A stretch of 64,000 nt of DNA from a phage. Position numbers and translations under genes: made by a program. A model generated the notes under the pieces. It did no database searches and had not been told where the DNA came from. It saw only the letters and a list, made by a program, of their open reading frames with translations. Positions 37,503 to 45,977 of this stretch are shown one piece after another (the stretch's first letter is position 1; the number at the start of each line of letters is the position of its first letter). Location: sequence record PQ478073.1. The stretch is one strand, 5' to 3'.

Positions 37503-37801
37503 TTCAAACACACATCAAAAGTCTTATTTGTACTGTTCTGTTAGGTGCAGGAGTTCTTTGGTTCGGACAGTATCACGAGAACACTAAGCGTACCAACATT
37601 CACTACAATACCGCAGAAGTTGTTAGTTTAGGACAATGTAGCGAGTCCAAATGTTCATTCATGTATAAAACCCAAAGTGGTGAAGTACGTAATGGACTAT
37701 CAAGAGAACCAGTTTCAATTGGTCAACTTGTTTACCAGGAGTGCTGGGAAGAAAAGGTTCGAGGTTCACGTTGCTATGTTGAATACGAACCAAATATGTA
37801 A
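37499..37801 (+). CDS. membrane-anchored hypothetical protein
   Basis: ORF track; N-terminal hydrophobic segment. Confidence 0.5.
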   Translation: MIQTHIKSLICTVLLGAGVLWFGQYHENTKRTNIHYNTAEVVSLGQCSESKCSFMYKTQSGEVRNGLSREPVSIGQLVYQECWEEKVRGSRCYVEYEPNM

Positions 37802-37861
37802 TAATCCGAGTCAATAACATTAGTCGAGTACAAGGATGTACTCATAACTCAAGGATGTTTT

Positions 37862-39301
37862 ATGAAAAAATATACAATTGACACAAACGTACTACTATCT
37901 GACCCTAATGCATCTATTGCTTTTGATGGTGCTGCAATCATTCTACCATTTACAGTACTGGAAGAATTAGATTCGATTAAGAGTCGTAATGTAGATGTTT
38001 CACGCGATGCTCGTGTTGCTATTCGTAACATTGAAGCAATTATTGCAGATGCATCACATGACGAGATTAGTAGTACTGGTGTTAATATTGCTGATGTTCA
38101 TACCAATATGAATCCTGATAGCAAATTGTTTGTTATTACAAACGAAGAAGCTGAGGCACTAATTCGTACTAAAGGTACAGAAGAGAAAGTTCAAACCCTT
38201 CTCAAAAGTACTGTACCTGATGATAAAATCATTCTGGTAGCTTTAGCAACAGAATCAGTACTGGTAACTCGTGATATCAACATGCGTATCAAAGCACTAA
38301 GTTATGGTGTCGAGGTACAAGATTATCGCCATGATATTGTTATTGGTGATAGTGATTTGATTCACATTGGTCAACACCATCTGGAAATCAATTTTTGGGA
38401 AGTATACAGCAACTTAACCAATACTAATATTCAATCCGAACAAGTTGGTCGTCGTTTGTATCATTACATTTCTAAAAGCTTGATTGAACATCTGCTTCCA
38501 CAAAATCTATGCATCGGTGATTATCTATATGATGATGCTGACGTATTATTTGTGTACGAAGGACAATCAGCAATTGAGGAAGATGATGGAACACTAACAC
38601 CAGAAGATATTTTGGTATTCCAAGACATTGGACAATCAGTGGCTTTACGTGCTAAAGTATGGGATATTAAAGCAAAGAATATCCAACAAGCACTCGCCAT
38701 CAACAGTATTCTCGATCCTGATGTACATCTAACAGTACTACTAGGTTCTGCTGGTACTGGTAAAACACTAATTACAATTGCTACTGCATTAGAATTAGTA
38801 CTGGAAAAACGTAAATACGACCGAATCATCTTCTCTAAAACTCAAGACTCACAGTTTGAAGATATTGGTTTCTTGCCAGGTTCAGAAGCAGAAAAAGTGA
38901 TTCCATTCTGTGGAGCCGCGATTGATGCGTTAGAGTTTCTTCATAAAGATGATGCAAACCCACAAGGTAGTATTGAAGAGATTATGAAACGTAATGTTAT
39001 TCAATTTAAAGCACTAAACTTTGTACGTGGACGTTCATTCACCAACACTATTCTAGTAGTTGATGAATTCCAAAACATTACACCTGCACAAGCAAAAACC
39101 ATCTTGACACGAGCAGGGTTAAACTGTAAAGTAGTAATTATGGGTAACTTGAGTCAGATTGACAGTAAGTTTATTAGTCCTGTTAACAGTGGTTTGACAT
39201 ATGTAACTGAGAAGTTTAAAGACTGGGCAGGTTGTCGTGTCATCGAACTAGAAGGTGTTGTTCGTTCACCACTGGCTGAATTTGCTGAAGAAAATATGTA
39301 A
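37862..39301 (+). CDS. phoH: PhoH-family ATPase with N-terminal PIN domain
   Basis: Walker A LLGSAGTGKT; PIN-like acidic N-terminus (DTN ... EELD). Confidence 0.85.
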   Translation: MKKYTIDTNVLLSDPNASIAFDGAAIILPFTVLEELDSIKSRNVDVSRDARVAIRNIEAIIADASHDEISSTGVNIADVHTNMNPDSKLFVITNEEAEALIRTKGTEEKVQTLLKSTVPDDKIILVALATESVLVTRDINMRIKALSYGVEVQDYRHDIVIGDSDLIHIGQHHLEINFWEVYSNLTNTNIQSEQVGRRLYHYISKSLIEHLLPQNLCIGDYLYDDADVLFVYEGQSAIEEDDGTLTPEDILVFQDIGQSVALRAKVWDIKAKNIQQALAINSILDPDVHLTVLLGSAGTGKTLITIATALELVLEKRKYDRIIFSKTQDSQFEDIGFLPGSEAEKVIPFCGAAIDALEFLHKDDANPQGSIEEIMKRNVIQFKALNFVRGRSFTNTILVVDEFQNITPAQAKTILTRAGLNCKVVIMGNLSQIDSKFISPVNSGLTYVTEKFKDWAGCRVIELEGVVRSPLAEFAEENM

Positions 39302-39305
39302 TATT

Positions 39306-39328
39306 GTATGGGACATTATGTCCCATAC
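39306..39328 (+). repeat. perfect inverted repeat (hairpin) overlapping a promoter -35
   Basis: GTATGGGACAT / ATGTCCCATAC; no T-run. Confidence 0.45.
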
Positions 39329-39338
39329 ATGATATAAT
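39310..39338 (+). promoter_or_regulatory. sigma70-like promoter GGGACA-17-TATAAT with TGn extension
   Basis: about 30 nt upstream of gene at 39370. Confidence 0.5.
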
Positions 39339-39369
39339 GTTGTTATCATAATACAGAAGGAGATATAAA

Positions 39370-39558
39370 ATGGCTAAACAACCTAAGAAACAAGAACCAG
39401 TAGCAAAAGTTAAGAAAGAGAAAGTTATTCAATCCAAAGAACAACGTATGTACGAACAACGTAAGAGTGAAACCCTATCCGGTCTACAAGCTCTACGCAA
39501 GCAAGGTGTACTAACTCGTGCACAGTACCGTGAACTAGTAGCTCAGAAAGGTTTTTGA
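39370..39558 (+). CDS. small Lys-rich basic protein in its own transcription unit
   Basis: ORF track; GAAGGAG RBS; promoter upstream, terminator downstream. Confidence 0.6.
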   Translation: MAKQPKKQEPVAKVKKEKVIQSKEQRMYEQRKSETLSGLQALRKQGVLTRAQYRELVAQKGF

Positions 39559-39663
39559 TTCATTTGAAGCAATATTGTGGAGTTCTTAATAAATACTTTT
39601 ATAAGAATAATAATACTTTTTATTAAATTAAAAAGAACTCCATGTGTTATTTCAGTTTTTCGT

Positions 39664-39690
39664 CCCTGTCTTTTGGCAGGGATTTTTTAT
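39664..39690 (+). terminator. rho-independent terminator
   Basis: stem CCCTG/CAGGG then ATTTTTTAT. Confidence 0.65.
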
Positions 39691-39784
39691 ATCTATATCT
39701 TGACAAAAGGAACAAATCATGAGAACATGTATTAAAGGAAGAATGACTTTCCATTAGGTTATTTTAACTTAAAGGAGATTTCAT

Positions 39785-40342
39785 ATGTTTTTTGACCAAA
39801 CATTTACGTTGTATCACGATTCTGGTAAAGTTGAGATTATTGATAATCTGTTAGAGTACATTGCGGAACATGACGGTATAGACCGTTTCCACAGTAAGAT
39901 GAAATTCGATTTAGCTGAATTCAACAAAAAGAATCGTGAAACATTTTGGAAGAACCGTTTCTATTACGAAATGTTTCCAGAAAAGTTTGTGGGTTATTAT
40001 CTTTGTACTGAAAAAGGATTACTTGTATCTCCTGATTTACTTATGGGTGAATACATGATACTCTATAATGAGTACTGGGAACATAAACGTAAAGCTCGTG
40101 ATACGGAATGGCGACATAAGCGTTCGTATATGTACAAACATAACCACTCCCGATACAAGCGTCCTAAGACTCAACAAGAGCGTCGTATGGCTTGTGCAGT
40201 ACTGAAGGATGAGGGGGAACCTGATATACGTGGAAGACGTAAGATGCGTTCATTACCATCGTATTGGGACGATATCAGAACAAGACATAGTACTGGCTGG
40301 AAATACAGTACAAAACGTAAACATCAATACAAAGGGAGCTAA
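39785..40342 (+). CDS. hypothetical protein with very basic C-terminal half
   Basis: ORF track; AAGGAG RBS. Confidence 0.6.
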   Translation: MFFDQTFTLYHDSGKVEIIDNLLEYIAEHDGIDRFHSKMKFDLAEFNKKNRETFWKNRFYYEMFPEKFVGYYLCTEKGLLVSPDLLMGEYMILYNEYWEHKRKARDTEWRHKRSYMYKHNHSRYKRPKTQQERRMACAVLKDEGEPDIRGRRKMRSLPSYWDDIRTRHSTGWKYSTKRKHQYKGS

Positions 40343-40357
40343 TGCTCCCTAATTTTA
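40334..40357 (+). terminator. putative terminator overlapping gene end
   Basis: stem GGGAGC/GCTCCC, short T-rich tail. Confidence 0.5.
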
Positions 40358-40369
40358 TAGGTGAACTTT

Positions 40370-40699
40370 ATGAACAAAATTGACGTTACTGTAGTGATTG
40401 GTTATATTGAAATTGAACCGTGTGGCATTGATACCTTTATTGACACTCTTAATAAGTATCGTGCTGAATATAACGGTCACATTAGTCTTTCACCAGACAG
40501 TGGTTACGGCGGTTTTCATGGATACAATGTAATTTGGACCAGAGAAGAAACTGACGAAGAATATAATACACGAATTGAAGCTGAATCTAAAAGATGTGAA
40601 GAAATTGAACGTCAAGAAATGAAACACTTAATGAACAAGAAATCATTAAGTACCGAAGAGAAATCTAAACTGCTAAAATACATCAAGGATTACATGTAA
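40370..40699 (+). CDS. hypothetical protein
   Basis: ORF track (GTG at 40361); ATG at 40370. Confidence 0.55.
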   Translation: MNKIDVTVVIGYIEIEPCGIDTFIDTLNKYRAEYNGHISLSPDSGYGGFHGYNVIWTREETDEEYNTRIEAESKRCEEIERQEMKHLMNKKSLSTEEKSKLLKYIKDYM

Positions 40700-41349
40700 T
40701 GAAAAATGTAACTCAAGAAAAGATTCTGTACCTTGCAAAGTACAATGGTGGTTTCAATATCATTAGCCGTGAGTACAGTGGTAATTTGGCTAAGTTGATT
40801 GACAGTTTGTTAGAATTTGATTTCATTAAATGGGAAACTAATGAACTTTGGTACGAATATGCTGGTCAGAAATGGGAAAGTGATTATGATAATGCAATAC
40901 ATTCATACACTATCACCAAAGCAGGTGAAGTTCGATTAGCCATTATGCGTTGTGCATATACTTACAAAAATCATAAAGGTGAAGAAAAACATATTCGCAG
41001 AAATGAAGAGCTATTACTTCTCATGGAAGCAGCAAAAGTTACAATGCATGATTTGTTCCACCACCCACGTTGGTATGAAAATCTAACAAAAGCAGAGTAC
41101 AAAGCTTTACGTTACATTGATGAACAAAACAATACCCCAGTTGTAGTTGATGATGTTTGTGATGGTGAACTAACCATCAAAAACGTATTTGAAAGCACCA
41201 GTACAGAAAGTATTACAGACATTTCTGTACAGATGGCCCTAAAAGCAATGGAACTTTTCAAGACACAATATGAAGGACACAGTGCTGAAGAAGTAGAGCG
41301 TGAGTTCATCACACGCGTACAGATTGCATTGTTCCAATCGAAAAAGTAG
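40699..41349 (+). CDS. hypothetical protein
   Basis: ORF track; ATGA coupling. Confidence 0.6.
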   Translation: MKNVTQEKILYLAKYNGGFNIISREYSGNLAKLIDSLLEFDFIKWETNELWYEYAGQKWESDYDNAIHSYTITKAGEVRLAIMRCAYTYKNHKGEEKHIRRNEELLLLMEAAKVTMHDLFHHPRWYENLTKAEYKALRYIDEQNNTPVVVDDVCDGELTIKNVFESTSTESITDISVQMALKAMELFKTQYEGHSAEEVEREFITRVQIALFQSKK

Positions 41350-41476
41350 GATGATATGAAATATGAACATCCGTGATGGGTTATCATATAAAGAAGCAGG
41401 TAAAGATGGTGTCAAAGGTGAAGCTGTAGATCTTTGCATTTGTGCACTTGACATGTTCGCTTTGTAATGCGATAAT

Positions 41477-41557
41477 ATGAGTTCAGAAGAGATGGAACGT
41501 GAGTTCCTTACTTACATGAATGTTAAACTAGCCAAATGGCGTAAATCAATTCAATAG
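41477..41557 (+). pseudogene. short ORF resembling the C-terminus of the upstream gene (possible duplicated fragment)
   Basis: MSSEEMEREFLTYMNVKLAKWRK versus upstream SAEEVEREFITRVQIALFQSKK; no RBS. Confidence 0.3.
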
Positions 41558-41566
41558 GTATTTTAA

Positions 41567-42538
41567 ATGAAAACTAAAATTATTTCTGAACAAAAAATTG
41601 GCAATACTACAGTACTGAATCTTGAAGTTCAAGGTCTTAGTAATGTTCGTTCTCTTACGGTTTGTACTCAGAGAGATGATTTGACTGATTTCTATAGCTC
41701 AGAATACATGTCAGAAGAACCTTGGGATATGGGATGGTTGGACGGTAGTAGTTATATCAGTTCTCGTTATAGTTTTGGTTCTCATGAAAATATTGAACAA
41801 GTAAAAAATGAGTATATTAAACTCAGTGATACTATTGAAATGGAAGAAGTCGATTGTGTAGAACTTTTCATTTTTGAATTCGATGCCGGAAATGGTAATT
41901 CATTACTAGTAAGTAATATTGAAGAACATTTAATGTATCATGAAATTGAAGATGTAGATTTTGAAAGTATTAAAAATGTTGTTCATATGGTTGGTGGTAG
42001 TATTACGGATGATTCAGATATCGGTCATAATATTTCACTGTGCTTAATTTCTCATCCAAAAACTCGTGGTTTTAAAGTTCCACAAGATGAAACTTACGTG
42101 TTTGAAACTGCTGATGAAGGAATTTATCCTTGGAATGATTATGTAGAATACTATGGTCATTTCTGTTCTGATATAAAAGAACTGAAAAAAGGCGAACAAT
42201 ATTTTGATATGTTTCGTGCTGCACAGCGTTTAGTACTGAATAATACTGAACTATTTCCTGATCGCGGCGAAGAAAATATGATTGATATTATCTTCAAGAA
42301 CTATGATTATGTACAGAACATTCCTGATAATGTACATTTGGAATATGTTCACGGTTCTTCAAACAAATTCTATAATATTGAATTGAATGCTCCAGTGTGT
42401 GAAGTAATTATTGAGTACGGTTCTATTGGTAAAACCAGTACTACAGATGGTGAAGAATTCGAAACTATTGAAGAAGCACGTAAGTTCTTCGAGAAGAAAG
42501 TAATTTCTAAAATTAAAAGTGGTTATAGCCCAAAATGA
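41567..42538 (+). CDS. hypothetical protein; C-terminal segment loosely WGR-domain-like
   Basis: ORF track; C-terminal EYGSIGKTST ... EEARKFFEKK ... KSGY pattern. Confidence 0.6.
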   Translation: MKTKIISEQKIGNTTVLNLEVQGLSNVRSLTVCTQRDDLTDFYSSEYMSEEPWDMGWLDGSSYISSRYSFGSHENIEQVKNEYIKLSDTIEMEEVDCVELFIFEFDAGNGNSLLVSNIEEHLMYHEIEDVDFESIKNVVHMVGGSITDDSDIGHNISLCLISHPKTRGFKVPQDETYVFETADEGIYPWNDYVEYYGHFCSDIKELKKGEQYFDMFRAAQRLVLNNTELFPDRGEENMIDIIFKNYDYVQNIPDNVHLEYVHGSSNKFYNIELNAPVCEVIIEYGSIGKTSTTDGEEFETIEEARKFFEKKVISKIKSGYSPK

Positions 42539-42915
42539 AAATCACACGCTTTGGTAAAACCTTTGAACTAAACATTGTTTCTGTTTATAAAAAAGGAAAA
42601 TCAGGAAAGTTAAGCACTGATAATATTAGATTTGTTATTAGTGATTATTATGATATGTTTAATCAGGCATTTGAAGAAAATAAATTTGGTTTGATTTTAT
42701 GTAAACCACAAAAACCGGAATTAGGTATTTTGGATTTAAGAACTGATAAGTCTGATTTTATTGGTAATCTTGATATTATTGAATTTAAAGTTGATATATC
42801 AAAAGAACATTTTAGAGTTAAAAACTATAATTATTACAAAGTTGATATTAATTCTATCGAAGTACAAAACGTACTTGATGAACTTATCAGTAATAATTCG
42901 TGTTTTACTAAATGA
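42535..42915 (+). CDS. hypothetical protein
   Basis: ORF track; ATGA coupling. Confidence 0.55.
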   Translation: MKITRFGKTFELNIVSVYKKGKSGKLSTDNIRFVISDYYDMFNQAFEENKFGLILCKPQKPELGILDLRTDKSDFIGNLDIIEFKVDISKEHFRVKNYNYYKVDINSIEVQNVLDELISNNSCFTK

Positions 42916-43160
42916 GAAAAAATATCATGAAAAATATATTCATTACATTAACAATATTTGTATCCATTATTCTCTGTGGTTGTGCTCCTAAAGTTGATGA
43001 GATGGATGCTGAAATCATCCGTCAAGGTTTAACAAAACTAAATCATCAAGGAACACTATATGCATGTCATACTATGCGTCATGGGCAAGATCTTAATCTC
43101 ATGTGCAGGAAGATTGTGAATCGCAAACGTCTTAATACTGTTCCGAAGGATGCACAATGA
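42912..43160 (+). CDS. small predicted lipoprotein
   Basis: signal peptide ending in lipobox-like ILCGC. Confidence 0.55.
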   Translation: MRKNIMKNIFITLTIFVSIILCGCAPKVDEMDAEIIRQGLTKLNHQGTLYACHTMRHGQDLNLMCRKIVNRKRLNTVPKDAQ

Positions 43161-43327
43161 AAGAAGTAATTGGCTACAAATGTAAAAATTGTGGCAAAGA
43201 TAAGGGTAAGCATTCAATACAAGGAATGGCTTGTCCAAATCCAGGACGTGGTAATTTCAGAGGGTTCAGTACTGAAAAGTCTTACGAACCGGATCATACC
43301 AAACCTGTAATGGGTTATAAATTATGA
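43157..43327 (+). CDS. small zinc-ribbon-like protein (about 56 aa), below ORF-track cutoff
   Basis: hand-read MKEVIGYKCKNCGK...MACPNPGRGNF...; ATGA coupling at both ends. Confidence 0.4.
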   Translation: MKEVIGYKCKNCGKDKGKHSIQGMACPNPGRGNFRGFSTEKSYEPDHTKPVMGYKL

Positions 43328-43683
43328 GTGATTATGTAGCATTTCTTCATCGCTTTGGAGAAGCTAAAGAAAAACATATTATCCGTATGCCATTATATGG
43401 TGAAAAAGACTGGTACAAAAGTACTATCAGTGTAGGTGCATTTCGTGACCGTGAAGCTGGATTCTTTCTGGGTAAGCAACATGAACGAGAGGTACTTTGC
43501 TCACTTTGGCGTTTAGATGAATGGGATAGTGAGAACGTAAGAACTGCTGAATCAATGATGGCTATTGTTGGTATTGCGAACTATCAGCACCCATATGATC
43601 TATTACCTACATTTGAACATGCTTCTTTGTTTGACTTTTACAAAGCAGTAGGGTATGATTATAAAAAGAAACGTTACGTTTAA
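43324..43683 (+). CDS. hypothetical protein
   Basis: ORF track. Confidence 0.55.
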   Translation: MSDYVAFLHRFGEAKEKHIIRMPLYGEKDWYKSTISVGAFRDREAGFFLGKQHEREVLCSLWRLDEWDSENVRTAESMMAIVGIANYQHPYDLLPTFEHASLFDFYKAVGYDYKKKRYV

Positions 43684-43729
43684 CATCAGTACTGCCACTA
43701 TGGACGGTACTTTTTAATTGGAGATTACT

Positions 43730-44344
43730 ATGACTACATCGGAAAAGTACTGGTGGATTTTGGGTCATCCTAAATTCATAAACAAAGATATGGTTCCAGC
43801 TAGGATTGATATAGAACCTCATGATGTGTGTCCAATGACAAATCGAATTGAAGATTTCAAAGCATTGAATACAAAGACTCAATTTTGGGTAGAATTTCTT
43901 TCACCAATGTATATTGAGCAAGACGACGAATGGGTACAAGCACATGATTATCAATTGGATTGTGGTGGTGATACGTATGAAGAGGCCATTGATGAATTAT
44001 ACAAAAATGTGCTAAGAACATATGGTGATTACACCCAACAAGAAGCGGACGATGAATTTAATAAGATCCATGTAGCTATTTCGACATCATCAATTTATAA
44101 TCCCACTAAAACAGTTTGGGAGGAACGACACAGTTGGTGTTCATGTGTAATCGATGAAGAAACCAAAGAAAAAATCATCGATGACATAAAAAATTTAAAA
44201 AATACAATCCAAGCCTTGCGTGCATTCATAAAGTCTTGTACAATAGAAGAACAGCAAGAGGCAAAGATACATTTGGAGAGTGAAGAATGTAAACTTTGGG
44301 TTCTAGAAAAATCACTTGAAAAGGGTATAGACTTAGACTTATGA
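43730..44344 (+). CDS. hypothetical protein (track ORF opens with TTG at 43718)
   Basis: GGAG RBS before ATG at 43730. Confidence 0.55.
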   Translation: MTTSEKYWWILGHPKFINKDMVPARIDIEPHDVCPMTNRIEDFKALNTKTQFWVEFLSPMYIEQDDEWVQAHDYQLDCGGDTYEEAIDELYKNVLRTYGDYTQQEADDEFNKIHVAISTSSIYNPTKTVWEERHSWCSCVIDEETKEKIIDDIKNLKNTIQALRAFIKSCTIEEQQEAKIHLESEECKLWVLEKSLEKGIDLDL

Positions 44345-44709
44345 ATAGTAAATTGGAGAAACTTGTTGAAGAATTACGCCGGATGCCACCTATTGAGCAA
44401 GTAGGGAACTACAAGCGGTATCGTGTGATTGCTCGTGCACTGGATAAAAAAGGGCGAGTACTGGCAACACGCACAAATTCTTATACACAGACACATCCAG
44501 TACAGAAAGGTTTTGCAATTCGTGCTGGACGTCCACAAGGTGAATTTCTCCATGCTGAAATTTCTTGCTTATTAGCTGCACGTGCTGATGTTCATACTTT
44601 ACTGATTGCACGGATAAGTAAAGATGGTATTCCTGTACCTGCTAAACCATGTGAAATTTGCACATTAGCAATTATGGAATACGGGGTTAAGGAAATTATC
44701 CACACATGA
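44341..44709 (+). CDS. small cytidine-deaminase-fold zinc deaminase
   Basis: HAEISCL ... PCEICTLAI zinc-ligand pattern about 30 aa apart. Confidence 0.6.
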   Translation: MNSKLEKLVEELRRMPPIEQVGNYKRYRVIARALDKKGRVLATRTNSYTQTHPVQKGFAIRAGRPQGEFLHAEISCLLAARADVHTLLIARISKDGIPVPAKPCEICTLAIMEYGVKEIIHT

Positions 44710-44930
44710 AGAAAATCGAGCGTTATACAAACCATACCGTTGTAGTTGAAAATGATATATTTTATTATTATATTTTCAGACCTATACATTGTTGCCAAAT
44801 AACAACATACAATAGTGGAAGGTTTTATGACAAGAACTTTCACATTACTGAGTTAGCAAAATATTCCAGTACTGAACACTTTAGTAATCTAGTATATGTG
44901 TACTGTATACCAAACCCAAATAACAAGTAG
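44706..44930 (+). CDS. hypothetical small protein
   Basis: ORF track; ATGA coupling. Confidence 0.45.
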   Translation: MKKIERYTNHTVVVENDIFYYYIFRPIHCCQITTYNSGRFYDKNFHITELAKYSSTEHFSNLVYVYCIPNPNNK

Positions 44931-44939
44931 GAGATTAAA

Positions 44940-45299
44940 ATGGCTAAAACTATTTCTTTAAAAAATGAAAATGTAGGACAACGCAAAGATGGTTTCTTTG
45001 GATTCTCATGGACAACATTATTCTTTGGACCGTTCCCTGCATTGTTTCGTGGTGACTTTATTACGTTCATCGGTGCATTTGTAATTTACTTCATCCTCAA
45101 CGCAGTGTCATTTTGGATTGTGGGTACAATTGCAATGGTCGTGTGGGCATTTCTTTACAATAAGTACTACACAGTGAATCTCATTAAGAATGGGTATAAA
45201 TTCAATGGCACACATGAAGAAAATGCTGAAGCTGCAATGGCTTTACAAATTGATTTGAATAAAAACAACACAGTTGATAAAAACAAAGATCCAGAATAA
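44940..45299 (+). CDS. two-TM membrane protein
   Basis: ORF track; GGAG RBS. Confidence 0.55.
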   Translation: MAKTISLKNENVGQRKDGFFGFSWTTLFFGPFPALFRGDFITFIGAFVIYFILNAVSFWIVGTIAMVVWAFLYNKYYTVNLIKNGYKFNGTHEENAEAAMALQIDLNKNNTVDKNKDPE

Positions 45300-45515
45300 A
45301 TGGAAAAATATGACATAATTTACGATTATTATGGTAAGGCTTATATGAAGTGTGGGCGTTATGTTGAACTCTCTAATAGAGAATCAATAGATCCCCACAC
45401 TATTATAACAATTCATAATTCGTACTATAAAAAAGTTACAATAGCTAATTTTGCAACATACGTAAATAATCCTTTATTTCCTTACATTATTCAGTACTAC
45501 TGTAACGTTTTGTAG
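45300..45515 (+). CDS. hypothetical small protein
   Basis: ORF track. Confidence 0.45.
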   Translation: MEKYDIIYDYYGKAYMKCGRYVELSNRESIDPHTIITIHNSYYKKVTIANFATYVNNPLFPYIIQYYCNVL

Positions 45516-45528
45516 TAGGAGTTATATT

Positions 45529-45714
45529 ATGGGAAGTGTAATATTTAAAAAAGAATACGATGGTGAAAGTCTCTATGATATTCAGAGAGATGTGCATGAA
45601 GCCTTCGATTCAAGATTTAACCCATTAGCTGAACAAATCCCACAAGATGAGTTTGGTTTTCAAGAAGGGACGTTCACAGTAACTATTACATGGAGTCCAG
45701 ATGAGACTAATTAA
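45529..45714 (+). CDS. hypothetical small protein
   Basis: ORF track; GGAG RBS. Confidence 0.45.
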   Translation: MGSVIFKKEYDGESLYDIQRDVHEAFDSRFNPLAEQIPQDEFGFQEGTFTVTITWSPDETN

Positions 45715-45807
45715 ACTATTCATTGGTTGCAGTGCAATTGCAATTTATATGTTATGCCCAGCACCAATTAACACTGTTATGCTAATTTGGGCAGTTGTTA
45801 TATTAGC

Positions 45808-45833
45808 AGTACTTTAAAAGCACCCTTGTGGTG
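45808..45833 (+). terminator. rho-independent terminator
   Basis: stem AGCACC/GGTGCT then T-run. Confidence 0.65.
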
Positions 45834-45977
45834 CTTTTTCTATTTGTGCAAATAAAAAGCAATGTGACTTTTCCTTGATATAGGTCAAGAGAAATAACCT
45901 GTTCTGACGCTATAATGTTGTCTGGTGATATTAAATATCTTCACCCCCAGATGATTTCAAAATACAAGGAATGTACA

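Noticed and set aside
41366-41470. 34-codon ORF in the 41349-41567 gap
   Set aside because: Weak RBS and no similarity to anything recognisable. Only the downstream fragment that resembles the neighbouring gene is reported.
45915-45977. NrdD start at 45915 (first ATG of the track ORF) and a possible intron in nrdD
   Set aside because: The ATG at 45978 has an AAGGA RBS and gives an N-terminal length matching T4 NrdD. The reading frame is continuous with all conserved regions in order, so there is no evidence of an intron or intein.
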